Shown: piece by piece, positions 39,850 to 52,443 of the stretch | How positions within the stretch are numbered: position 1 is the stretch's first letter | Layout of the letters: each line of letters opens with the position of its first letter | From: the human T2T-CHM13v2.0 reference genome, Homo sapiens | Direction: 5' to 3' (one strand) | DNA length: 64,000 nt | Assembly (NCBI RefSeq): GCF_009914755.1 | Contig: NC_060938.1 | Notes under the pieces: generated by a model | Told to the model about the DNA's origin: nothing | The model's database searches: none | Seen by the model: only the letters and a program-made list of their open reading frames with translations | Program-made: the position numbers and the translations under genes

Positions 39850-40700
39850 TTTGAAATGGGGTCCATTTCAAATTGAAAAAAAATTTAACAAATTTAAAAT
39901 GTTTGTTATGTGAAAGAAAAAATATGCAACTCATTTTTAAGGATCACACTTGCGAGTATCTTGCACAAGATAAGCAGAAAATTTCTGTGTGGTATCAGGG
40001 CTTTCCACATAATTCCTCATCTTGTAAGGATTCCATTTTATGATATTCTTTTCATAAAATCAGGACTTTTAAAATGACTCTTCATCTTTTTATAAAGAAT
40101 TCTAAAGATTTAATTTTAAAGACCTCTTTTTATAAAATTTAACACATTGATAATATCTTGTAGCTTGCTTACAGGAAATATAAAGAAGGAGTTTCATATA
40201 TGGTTTTATTTCTAGAAACACACCCCAGAATTCTTTGTATATTCTAGTCTAAACAAATACTGTGTCTGTACCTGCACGTTTTTCCAAAAAAATATTGTTT
40301 TGACTTTAGAAATAATACAGTGTTGAAAAAATACATACTCTCCGGTACAATTTTCTTTTACTGTTTCATAGAAAAATACCAGTTAAATATAATTCAAAGC
40401 TGAAACAGAATCTAAGCCTCTAGCAAGCATTCTAATTGAGACATATTAGATTCATCAGTGCTGCTACCCAACTATACAGCAAACAGCCCACATGAGAAAT
40501 TCGTTCCAGCAATATTTGCTGTGATTCTTTAACAATGTTTTCTCTGCCTCATTAAACAGTATTTGCTGACAGATGAGTTTATTTTAGCATGCTATTATTT
40601 TTCACAGACTATTTAAGTCATTTTTCTATGACCAACAGGATGTGGCTTTTTTGTTTTCGTAATGAAGAATCAAATCTCAAAAGAGGTTTCTCCCAGGAAG
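39850..40700 (-). mobile_element. Decayed hAT-Charlie transposase fragment
   Basis: Minus strand encodes relic motifs STDESNMSQL (cf. DESTDxSNxAQL), CTGEYVF (cf. TGEDIF) and YHTEIFCLS (cf. HTEVRWLS) in the expected order, with stops and frameshifts. Confidence 0.65.
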
Positions 40701-40942
40701 CTGGTCACATTCTCTTTCTTGATCTGGGTCTTGTCTGCTTGGATGCATTTGGTTTATGAATAATTAAGGAGGTGTATACTTATGTGCTTGTTTCCATATG
40801 TGTATTACACTTTAATAAAAATGCTTAAAGAGATATTGAATGTGTTATTAAAATTGATACTATTTTCTAACATACCAAATTGAATAACACATGATTTTAG
40901 ACATTACTGAAAAAAACTTACAGATGTTGAGCTTAGTTCTAA

Positions 40943-41257
<315 letters not shown>

Positions 41258-42459
41258 TAACTGGCTAATTGTGATAGTTCCACACTACTATAACTAATAT
41301 TTCATACAACAACATTTGCTAAAGAGGAGTGAATCTTTTAGAATTGTGTTCAGCTGCATGTGACACAAAACCTGATCAAACAATCGCTTAAACAAATTAG
41401 AGGGTTGTGCTTTTTCACATAACAGAAAGACGACAGTTCCAGTATTGTTCCAGCAGCTTGAAGATGTCACAGATGAGTCTTTATCACTGTCTTGTCCTTT
41501 CTCTCAGGAGCACAAGACAGCTGCCACACCTCCAGTCATCACATCTACATTCCAGAAGGGGAGAAGGAGGAAGCCATGAGGAGGAAGGGTATTGCCTATG
41601 TTAAAAAAAAAAAAGAAGAAGCAGAAGCTTTTTCAAAAATCCTTAAGAGATGTCCTATTATTTCTCTTTAGCCATATTTGTTACATGATCACCCTTAGTA
41701 GTAAGGGAAACTGGGAAATGTAGCTGTTTTACTGGGTTACATACCTTACATAAAACCAGAGTTCTGTTAAAAAAAAAAAAAAAAAAGGCGGGGTTGGCCA
41801 TTGGAGAGGCAGCAAGCAGTGCCTCCCAGTCAGAATCTGGCAGAGTTGCTGATCATAGCTATAAATCTGATTTCTCAGTGGTCTTTGTGGCCTCTAGTGT
41901 GCTTTAGCTGACTCCTTGTCAGATGTGGCTCGGCCATCAGAACTGATGTGGCTGATGAGGGGCCAGAACTAGGGGTGGGAGCCCACACAGGAAGCTCATG
42001 CTAGCCTTTGTACAGACAGCAGAAGACATCCACCCAGGTGATGGAGGAATCTCTTTACATGGGTTGTCCATTGTGAGGGTTAGTTTAGTTAACTCCTGGT
42101 AATAGATTCTATATAGTTGGTAAATGCACTTACCCAGGCACATAGAAACTGCAATGAGAGACAATAGTTGGAACTTGAACTAAGGACTGAGGACAACACT
42201 GCTTCCCACCCTCACTGCCGACCACAAGGCTCTCACTCTCCCATCAGCATACCTCAGATCCTGCGTATGGTGCCTGAGTGACCTGTGAACCAAGGGAGGG
42301 ACCCAGACTCAACCCATTTATTACATATTAGTAAAGATTAATGTCTTTCTTTTTTATTAGAATAGTAAAAGTTAAACAAAGTTTGGATATTTTCTTCCTA
42401 CCCTGCAAAGGATCATCTTGCATGCTTTGCTTTAGAGACCCTGAGACTCCTGCATAGGC

Positions 42460-43130
42460 AGGTCCCTGCCCTCATGAAGGTTACATGCTAGTGGGGAAGA
42501 CAGCAAAGGGAGTAACGGGAGGTCGCCAAAGAGAGCCAGAGAGTGGCTGCCCAGAGAGGGGAGCAGAGTGTGGCAGGTCCCCTCTGGGAAGGAGGCAGGG
42601 GCACAGACCAGACAGGGGAGCACAGAGGAAAACTCCAAAAACCCACATCAACTCTTGTTGCAATATCGTTTCTAGAAAAGTCAACCCAACCAAGGCCATC
42701 ATTACCTAGTAAAAATGTGAAACAATAAAATGAGAGAAATGTGAAGATCATTGCTTTGAGGGAACTAAATGGGACAATGTGATATGGGGTGACTCTGGGC
42801 AGAGAATGGGCAAAGCTCCTTCCATAGGGTGTCATGGAGGGTCCCTGAGGAGGTCACACTTAAGCAGAGACTTGTGTGACAAGGAGGACCAGCCTGGAAG
42901 AGTTCCCCTTGAAGGAGAAATAGGATGTGCAAAGGCCATGGGGTAGACTGAGTTTTGCATGCTGGAACAGAAAGAAAGTGGGGTTTCTGGGGTGGGGGCT
43001 AGAGTGGAGCAAGTGAAGGGGAGGGTGGTAGAAAGTGAAGCAGGAAAGTATTTAGAGGCTGGCCAATGGCTCCTGGACAATATTAAGAGCTCTGGACATC
43101 ACCTTAATTGGAACAGGAGGCCATTAGACA
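42460..43130. mobile_element. Degenerate L2 fragment hosting the composite insertion
   Basis: ccctgccctcatgaaggttacatgctagtgggga... and ggagggtccctgaggaggtcacacttaagcagagac are L2-like text on either side of 42505-42743. Confidence 0.55.
42505..42743. repeat. Composite local duplication: inverted copy of 43858-43950 joined to direct copy of 44295-44442
   Basis: 93 bp with 4 mismatches and 148 bp with 3 mismatches by direct comparison. Confidence 0.95.
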
Positions 43131-44559
43131 TTGGAGTGGATAGAGTGGCAGAGCCTACTCCTTCCCAAATGTTGGCCAGAAAGTCTGTGAGTTCCTTTGG
43201 AGTGAGGACTATATCTGGCATGGTGTTCCCAGAGCACTGCATGTGGCTGGCACACAGAAGCACTTAACAAGGGCTGGGTGGATGCATGGCTGACCAGCCT
43301 TCAGCTATCTCACAAAGCACCTAAGCTTGTCCCTGTACTATCTTTTGTCTATGTATCTGCCACCTTTTCCTTAGCTGGGTTTCAGGACACAATCCCAGAG
43401 AGCCCTTATCATCCCTGTCTGTATTCTCCAGCCATATTCCCATTGTCTCTGCCTGCAGGAGCGGGTACCTATTTTGGGACTCTGCTTCAGGCAGGGTCAG
43501 AAACAGGTAGAGGATAGAGGACTTCCATCACCCTTATTCTAGATTCTGTTTGCTTTCAATGCAACTTATAGGTATGACACAAGCAGATTAGCATCAATTG
43601 AGCGCCTACTATGGGCCAGGCAGGTTATTGTGTATTATGTAGATTATTGCAGATTATGTAGATTATTGCATTCACCACAGCCCTGTGGGGTAGGTGTTTC
43701 CACATATAAGTGAGAAATCTGAGGCTCAGAGATCTGAGTGACTTGAAACGTCACTTGCTGTTTGGAAACAGAGCTGAGATTCTGACCTTGTTCTGTAGCC
43801 TCTGAAGATCACACCCTTTCTAGAGATACTGGTTGGCTTCAGAGGTCTCTGTTCAAATGCCTCCTTCCCAGAGGGGACCTGCCATGCTCTGCTCCCTTCT
43901 CTGGGCAGCCACTCTCTGGCTCTCTTTGGCGACCTCCTGTTACTCCCTTTTTCACCTCCTGCTTCTGTTTTCCCACCTGCCATTACCCCAGCAAATGGCA
44001 GCAACCTGGCCCCATGACGTGTAGGTGGAGAGAGCAGGGGGGAGTAAGCCATCTCAGCCTCACTCAACTGTGATCCCATCCTGCCTTACTTAGTGTTACA
44101 CCACTGCAGATCTTGCTGGTCCTCAGTTCCCCTGAAGATTTGGAATTGGCCAGTTATTCTCCATTTTGGGGTGAGCAACCCCTTGGGGAAAGTAGTGAGA
44201 GCTAAGGGTCCTCTCTTCAGATCAAGACACAATGAAAGGAATCCCAGGTGGGGCAGCTGCTGTTGGAGCTTCCTCTGGCTCCAGGAGCAGGAGACAGGGG
44301 CACAGACCAGACAGGGGAGCACAGAGGAAAACTCCAAAAACCCACATCAACTCTTGTTGCAATATCGTTTCTAGAAAAGTCAACCCAACCAAGGCCATCA
44401 TTACCTAGTAAAAATGTGCGACAATAAAATGAGAGAAACGTGGGGCTACAGCTAAAAGTTCCAAAGGTTTATCAACCTCACAGTCTCTGAGGGTTGAAGA
44501 AACAAAGACAAAAACAAACCAACAACAAAACACTCACAATTACGCTTCTCATAGGGAGA

Positions 44560-45110
44560 TGTGATTGATGCAGGGGCAGGCAGCCCCCAAATTAGGGCTT
44601 AGCCCAGGAAGGTTCTTGACTGCATCCAGGAAATAATTCAAGGGTGAGCCAGTGGTGTTAGCAATAGTTTATTGAGTGGGACTCCTCCTTGTGAGCAGGG
44701 CTAACTCATTGCAGTGTGCCCAGAGTCAGCAACCCATGGGCTGTTGGCAATTCTATTTATAGTCAGGTATACCAACTTCAATTACACGCAAATTAAGGGC
44801 AGTTTAGTGCAAATTGAGGGGTGGGTTATTTAGAACTTTCTAGCAAAGAGGCAGTAATTTCCAGGTTGTTGCCATGGAAAGGGGTGGTAACTTCCGGGTT
44901 ATTGCCATGTCATTTGTAACCCGTCATGGCACTGGTGGGTGTATCTTATGCTGATGAGCAGTGAGGGCAACTAGAGGTTGCCTTCAGCACCATCTGCTGG
45001 TTCCTGCTGATTTTTTCACTTCATCCATTGGAGACTGGGAAATATTATCAGGTTGGTGCAAAAGTAGTTGCAGTTTTAATAATAAGTCCTGCAGGGCTCC
45101 AACCTCATAA
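44560..45110 (-). mobile_element. ERV1-type solo LTR (MER4-group-like) containing a half MADE1 at 45048-45077
   Basis: caggaaataattcaagggtgagccagtggtg...ttttattgag; caggttggtgcaaaagtagttgcagtttt matches the Hsmar1/MADE1 terminal inverted repeat. Confidence 0.6.
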
Positions 45111-45476
45111 TGACATCATCCAGTTGCTGCCCAGTTCATAAATGGGTCTTGACAGGTATGTGGCTCTTTGAAGCTCATGAAACATGTCTGCTTCCTTACC
45201 TCAGAAAATCTGGCCAACAGTGCTGCAAGTAGAGAATTATTACTCCCATTTCACAGATGAGCAACCTGAGGCTAGGCTGGGACTTCGTCAAGCTGAGCAG
45301 TAGCAGAGATTGAAGTCAGAATATAAGGGGGTGTGAGGCTTCCAATGCCACAGATTGAGTGGTAAGCAACAGTGTAACTGGATGCACCAAACCAAGCAAC
45401 TATCAGCACCTCCTCAAAGGCAGAGTTCATTGGAAAAGCAATTCTAGCCCTCCAAGGGGCCTCCGTCTTGTTACAA

Positions 45477-45841
45477 TGTAAGTATCCCTTTCATGCTTCT
45501 ATGAATAAATACCCAAGACTGGGTAATTTATAAAGGAAGGAGGCTTAATTGACTAACAGATCCACATGGCTGGGGAGGCCTCAGGAAGCTTACAATCATG
45601 GCGAAGGGCACCTCTTCACAGGGCAGCAGGAGAGAGAAGTGTTGAGTGAAGCGGGGAAAAACCTCTTAGAAAACCATCAGATCTCATGAGAACTCACTCA
45701 CTATCATGAGGACAGCATGGGGGGACCGCCACCATGATCTAATCACCTCCCATGAATTCCCTTCCCCAGCACATGGGGATTACAATTTGAATTGCAATTC
45801 AAGATGAAATTTGGGTGGGGTCACATAGCCAGACCATATCA
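45477..45841 (-). mobile_element. THE1-type MaLR solo LTR
   Basis: aatacccaagactgggtaatttataaagg...ggctggggaggcctcagg...ccagaccatatca. Confidence 0.88.
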
Positions 45842-47764
45842 CTGCCCCAAAAGATTAAACCCTGAAACATCTCTATAACAATCTTCATGACTCATTTTCC
45901 ACTGTTTCTCATGACCCTCTAAATGCATCTTTATGTTTAGTTGTTTTACAGTGAATCAGTTCAGAGGACTTATGATTTATAAGGAAAATCCTCTCTAACC
46001 CAATCTTTTTCTCCCAGTATTCTGATCCTCTATTCTAGGACCAGCAAACAGGCTGAATTTCCCATCCTCTTATTCTGCACCAGTAGCAGACATTACTAGT
46101 CAATCCTAGAATTCTGTGCTACTGAGCTCAGTGCTCCAGGCAACCATTAGAAGAGCTTTTCAGGAGGTGGTGCTGAGATGCACCTGCAGCCATCATCCAC
46201 CTGCAGTGTGGAGGAGTCGATTGAGCTGACTTCCTGAGCACTACTGGGGAATGCACTGGGGAGAGACACTGAAACCAGGCCCTCCGCTGTCAAGCAGCCT
46301 GAAGCCCAGAGCCAGTGAGAGTCTGGAAGGCAAGAAATGTGTCAGTAAGCTATGAAAGTGAACCCTCAGAGGAGGGTCAGCCTGGGGTAGGACCATGAGG
46401 GCAGAGGCAAAGTGAAGAGGAAAGGAACCAGAAATATCCCAGTGGAAGGTGGCAGGCCTGGGCAAATGCATTTCTTTCAGTTCATTTGTTTATTTTTTTC
46501 CCCAAAGCAGTACCGGAGACACCACCCCTGGGAAATACAAGGGAGCATGAGTCGCCAATCGTGGAGCTGGTGGTAGTGGGGAAGAGTTGTGGAGAAGAGA
46601 GTGATACTGTCATGCACTGGGCTTTATTTCATTCAATCGCTGCTATAGTCACTTCCCTTTCCTTCCCTTGGGAAGTGGGTGCTAGGACCCAGAGGACTTG
46701 GAAAGAGTGGAAACCAGCTCAGATTCCACTCCCATGTCACCTGTCAGCTGTGTGTCCTGGGCCACCTTACCTCACCCAAGTCTCAGTTTTTTCACCTACA
46801 AAATGAATCCCCTGCTTTAACCTTTGAAGGCAATTATGTAGCTTGACAGGAAAAGGTATGGACAATGCCCAGTAGAATACTAGGCACTGTGTTTGAGACC
46901 CCCCATTTGTTGAAATTAGAGATGCCCAAAATGTTGTTTTAAAAGATATAATGTGCTTAGGTCACTGTAGTGTGATCAGTTCTAAGACAGCCTGGTTAAA
47001 TACATCTAGATATTTCAGGTGTATGAGAACCTCCAAGGACATAAAGCCAAACCCACAGACGTTGTGTGTTGATGGAACTTCCGAGACTTTTCCAGAACTC
47101 TCCGTTTTGTGGAGTGAGAGGTGCGTGCATGGGATGGAGAGAGAAGCTGAGGTCCTGGGGAACAAGCTCCCGGGAATCTGCCCTGCTTTGCCCCACCTCT
47201 CGATCTGTACCTTTGCTTCTCTTCGAAACCCAGCCCCATTCTCCTGTCCTCCTCTTTTCAGAGTCCGTGGCTTCCACACAGTAGGGCAATAAAGGGCAGT
47301 GTGTCATGGGAGAGGAGCCCAGGTCAGGGCAGAGCCAATAATCAGGAAAGTTTTTCCAGAAGGACGATGTCTGAGCAGGGTCTTCAAGGAGATGCATGGG
47401 TCGAGTGAAGTAAGCAGAGCTGGGATTGTGCTGCAGGGTGAACAGACTGTGCAAAGCACAGAGGTGCAGGGTGCCCTGAACATTCAGGGAGGGACCGGAA
47501 GGTCTGTTGATTAACCAGTTAATTTCATGATGTCCAAATGGCCTTGCCTCCCCCAGCTCTGACCATCACAAAGGTGAGTGCAAGACAGTGTGTGATGGGA
47601 TGCAACTCCTTAACAATCACGCTATTAAAATATGGTGCACAGAGCTTCAAACCTCAGCCACTAAGAGGTTTCTTCCCATCCTATAACCACATCGTGAAAC
47701 CATGGTGGGAAGCCAACACATTGCTAAGCTACCCCTCTGTGTCCTCAGTTCATCCATCTGTAAA

Positions 47765-47960
47765 CTGGAGTTTTCCAGGCTCAGCATGATTGACATTTTG
47801 GACTGGATAATCCGTTGTCATGGAGGGCCATCCTGTACATACTAGGATGTTCAGCAGCATTCCTGGCATCTCCTAAACGCCACTAGCACCCCCCTCCAGT
47901 TGTGAAAACCAGAAGTGTCCCCAAAGGGAGCGAAAATTACCCCCTGCTGAGAACCATGGC
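47765..47960 (-). mobile_element. MER20 (hAT MITE)
   Basis: tgacattttggactggataatcc...ggatgttcagcagcattcctggc...tgagaaccatgg. Confidence 0.8.
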
Positions 47961-48061
47961 TCTAAGGTCCCTCTCAGCATTATCCCAGCATTATCCAGTT
48001 CTGAGAGTAAATCAGGAAACACAGGGAAGTCAGCGTCTGCAGAAGCCTTAGAAGAATTTCT

Positions 48062-48079
48062 GTGCCATCTGCTGGCAAT
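48062..48079 (-). promoter_or_regulatory. Candidate CTCF site
   Basis: Minus strand TTGCCAGCAGATGGCAC fits CCASYAGRKGGCRS. Confidence 0.6.
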
Positions 48080-48284
48080 CCAAAGCCTTGTCCTCCCTCA
48101 GCTCAACCCCCTGCCTGTCATTCAGCCTGGAGGAAGTCCAGAGGCTCTGACCTTCGGAAACAGCTGGAAAAGAAAACCAAGAATGCAAGACTCGTGTGTG
48201 GGTTTTGTAGACGTTAGAGCAGACATTGGGTCATTTGGGCTAATATGGTTCTGGTCAGAAGAGCTGCAGGCTTCTTTACACTAG

Positions 48285-48794
48285 CAGTTCCTAGTGTAAC
48301 TGGGGGCAACCCCCTCCAGGGACACAGCAATGTTGGGGGTGTTGGGTTTCACAACTTGTGTTGGGGGTGTTCAAACTGCACCAGTTTGTAAGCCCTCCCG
48401 CCATTTCGCAGAGCTTGGTCAAAATGAAACATTCCACGGGATTCGAGCCGTGAGAAACACCCTGTCTAAACACCTCACCACAAGGCACAGGAACGTCCTT
48501 ATCACACCCTGCTGGGCAAAGGCCCCACTGAAGGAACATCCCCGCCATACCCTGCCGGGCAAGGGTCCGAGGAACATCCTATCACATTCTGTGGGTAAAA
48601 GGGCCAAACTATCTCATCGTGGGAACATGTTATCAACATTTTCCCAGGTGGCAGGCCTGGCCCCACCCCTAGACTCCTCCCACCCAGGCCTACAATTGTC
48701 CCAGCCTGTAAGCAGAGACAGGCACTGCCATTAAGCTGGTCCTCCACCTCTGCAGGTTTTATGCTGGACATAAATGCCAGCAGTTGCTATAGAG

Positions 48795-48836
<42 letters not shown>

Positions 48837-49030
48837 CCTGTGTGTGTCTTTCCTCAACTCTCACTTTCCCCTTAAAAAACCTAACAGCGGAGTGCTAATA
48901 ACATCTAGCCGGTAGAGGCCAGGGATACTGCTAAACGCGCTACCAGGCACAGGACAGTCTCCTCCATCCTTAACATAGAATCATTCAGCCCAGAGTGTCA
49001 GCAGCACCAGGCTGAGAAGCCCCACTCTAA
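48285..49030 (+). mobile_element. MER20 split by an ERV1 LTR
   Basis: 5' part ends ...tttcacaac; 3' part gtgctaataacatctagccggtagaggccagggatactgctaaac...gctgagaagccc resumes after 48886. Confidence 0.75.
48357..48886 (+). mobile_element. ERV1 solo LTR (MER48-like) with internal (CT)n
   Basis: TG...CA ends; ttgtaagccctcccgccatttcgcagagcttggtcaaaatgaaacattccacggg; repeated ggaacatcc blocks. Confidence 0.65.
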
Positions 49031-52000
49031 GCTAAGTGCTGAGCTTCCCAGAGAGCTCCTAGCCTCTTGAGGGCAGTCCCTCGGTCTTGATGCACTTACA
49101 TACACTTGAACACACACCGAAGGAACAGAAATGCCCCACACCTTAGGAGAAATGATTCTGGAACAGTTTGTAGTCACAGGATCAGATGAGAGTGAAGATT
49201 ATAAGCCTGCCAGAAGGGAGCTCAGCTGCCCTTCTTGTGAAATAGGCAATCTGACAGAGGCTTGCATTTCCCTCATGATTTCTGTAGACGCAGCCCTGTG
49301 CTGAGTGCAAAAGACAGTTGGTCACTCAGGCCAGAGTTGTTGAGAGTCACACAGAGTCCTGAATTTGAGGTTAGAAAGACCACATTGGCTTCCACAACTC
49401 TCAGTTTCCTCATCTATAAAATGGGCTTAATACTAGTTGCCCTAAGCTTATAGGGATGTTGGACTGATTCAGCCGAGCAATTTTATGTTTGCACGTGGAA
49501 AGTGCTCAGTAGATATCCACTATCGGCATTGCCTGTGCCCTGTGTTTGTCTTGCAGGAAGCCCTTCTCCTTTATCACCTCACTTGATTATCACTACGTTG
49601 CTATAAAGTGGAGGTTCTGGGGCTGGCATTCTGTGATTCTCATCGTATGTGACTGGCAAGGAATAAAGAAAGACACTCAGGATGCTACAGATACAGAAGC
49701 TGACTGCACAGGGACCTGAGAAAGGAAGGGACTGGAAGGGGCTCAGCAGGAGCACCACCAGCTCACACGCAGAGCCAGAACTGCCCTGGAAGAATTGGGC
49801 CAGCTGCTGCCGAATCCATGGAGGGAACTCAGGACATACAGGAGGGTTCCCCTTGGTGGGGTTGAGGGCATGGCAAGGACCCAATGATGCAGTCAGTGAA
49901 AGGAGACCTGGTGAACGGCAGAGTAGCAGCTCCCGGAAAAGAAGGAAGGTACCCTGGGACCATGGGCACTGACTTTTGCCGTCTTTCAACTACAGTGCTT
50001 TGGGCGACAACTGTCGGAGATAAAGCACCCACGGGCCCTACATTTGGGCAAAACTTGAAGATTCACAACGCTTTTTTAGGTTACTTCTTCCAGCAAAACC
50101 TCAGAGCAACCCTCTGTGGTAGGAAGGGTGGTTCCCATTTTCCAGATGTGAAAACTGCATCCCAGCTGGAGAAATCATTTGCCCCTGGGCATGCAAACAG
50201 CAGTGGCAGGGCCTGACTTAACGGGAGTTCTGTCCAACTGCAAGTTTTGCACAGTACAGCTGCCTGGAGCCAGAGGGTGCATGGGAGGAGAGACAGAGGT
50301 GTCCTCCCCAAGGCCTGGAATTGATCCTGTACTGGTAAATAGGCAGAGAGCGTGTGCCATGACTCACTGAGACAAGCATTTCCAACCGGAAGGAAGAAGC
50401 AGAGTTTTGACTGCAGCCTAGGAATCAGGGGCTGACGTGTCACCCTCTCCCAGTGGCCTCTGCATTGAGAGCACCGGCGTGGTGGTGCGACACGGAGGGA
50501 AGCACTTCTTGCCACAAGCTTCTGGGGACGTGGACAGGGAAACCCCCAAATCAGATTAAACACCAGAGCCTGCGAAAGTCCTGCTTCCTCCCCATGTCTG
50601 CTCTTCCACCAACAGAGGATGTGAGGACCCCAGGTTCAGGGGTGTCTGCTGAGAGCCCTGAAGGTCAGGGACTACCAAGAGAGAAAGAGCATTAGCTTCC
50701 AGAAAGTGCTTCCTGAAGAAGGTGGCCTGCGCATGGCCCTGTCCCCCCGTGGAGGACCTCCAGCCCGTCTACAAGGACAGGACTCATGTCTAAGAAGACT
50801 CCCGTGTGATGGTGTGATGCCACCTGCAGAACGTGTTGCCTTGAATGCCAGGGGCACCCCAAGCCTCTATCTGCCATCACTGCCTGTGCCTCTGTATCTG
50901 TGGGTGCCGGTGACCAGCTGTGTGCACCTGGGAAGCTCTCCAAACGTGACATGACCACGACACCAGCAGGCCTTCATCAAATGCCTCCTACAGAGGTCTG
51001 ACTGCCACTTCCTGAGGCCCATTCACCAGCTGGCCTCCTGCGGGAAGAAAACCCAGCAATGTTAGCACATGGGGGCCCTGTTTTTATGAAGTCATAAGTT
51101 ACTGTCTCCTATCTCCTCCTCTGAGTGTGTGTGTTCACAGGTGTCATATAGTACTCTATGCAAGCATGGCTCTCTGTGTAACATAAGTCACCCATGTCCA
51201 TAGAAAGAGACAGAGATAACTGCAGATAGAAGTGTGTGCGGGCCTGTCATAACCAGCTACACATGGGTGTGAACACCTACAGAGACATGGGGTGGAGACA
51301 GAAAAGCAGAGCTGTGCAGGTCAAAATCTTAAATCCAAGGCATTCTTGGCAACCACAGCATTGGGCTTCTCTTTGCCACGTCTACCACTTTGATTGCTGG
51401 TGGTGAGGTTGATGAGAGACCTGAGGGGTGTCCTGGCATCCCTGAGACATGCACTCAGCTCCCCGATGGCACAGCTGGACTGGCCTGCTCTCGGCTGCTC
51501 CAGAAATCCCCAAACCCTGTGGGCATCCCGTCACCGTGGAGACCGAGTCAAACATCCCTGGGCCCCGTCCTGGCCTGCTGAGTCAGCTCCCGCAGGGTGG
51601 GGTCTGCAATCTACGGGTAATCCTGGCAGGGCCAGGTGGGGCTGTCTGGGTGATCCTGAATGGTGAGGCTAGCCTGGCATGGATTGGAAGGAGCCCTCGC
51701 TTCTCATTTAATGGCAGAGCTGCCAAGAATAAGTCCCAGGTCCCCGGCTCTGCCCTTCCCAGGCATGTCCAGCCCTGAAGCAGGAGAAGGTGGGTGTGTG
51801 GCCAGCAGGAGGCACAGACATTCTGAAGTCAGAATTTTCCTTCCAAGTTAGGGGCTGGGACACGAAGAACCAGTATCCCTTTCTCATCATAACAGCAAGA
51901 ACGACGCTTTTGACCTTGGTCTCTTGGAAACTTGGAGGCAAATAGCTGCATGACGCCTTCGAGCTGTAAACATGCACTCTCTACACACTGAGTCCACACA

Positions 52001-52168
52001 GCCTCCTGGCTGCCACATTCTGTTCTGATTCCTTGACCGTGCCTTTGTAGTCAGTCCTGCAGTCAGGTAGGGTAAGTCCTCTACTTTTGTTCTCTTTTTT
52101 ATAATTGCTTTGATCAGCATTCTGTTTTGATTTATATCTCTCCTGATTGTTTAGGTGTGCCTTTTTAA

Positions 52169-52443
<275 letters not shown>

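Noticed and set aside
49579-50563. Cluster of 100-160 aa ORFs as a possible intergenic gene or serpin relic
   Set aside because: No recognisable domain or exon structure; partly MIR-derived.
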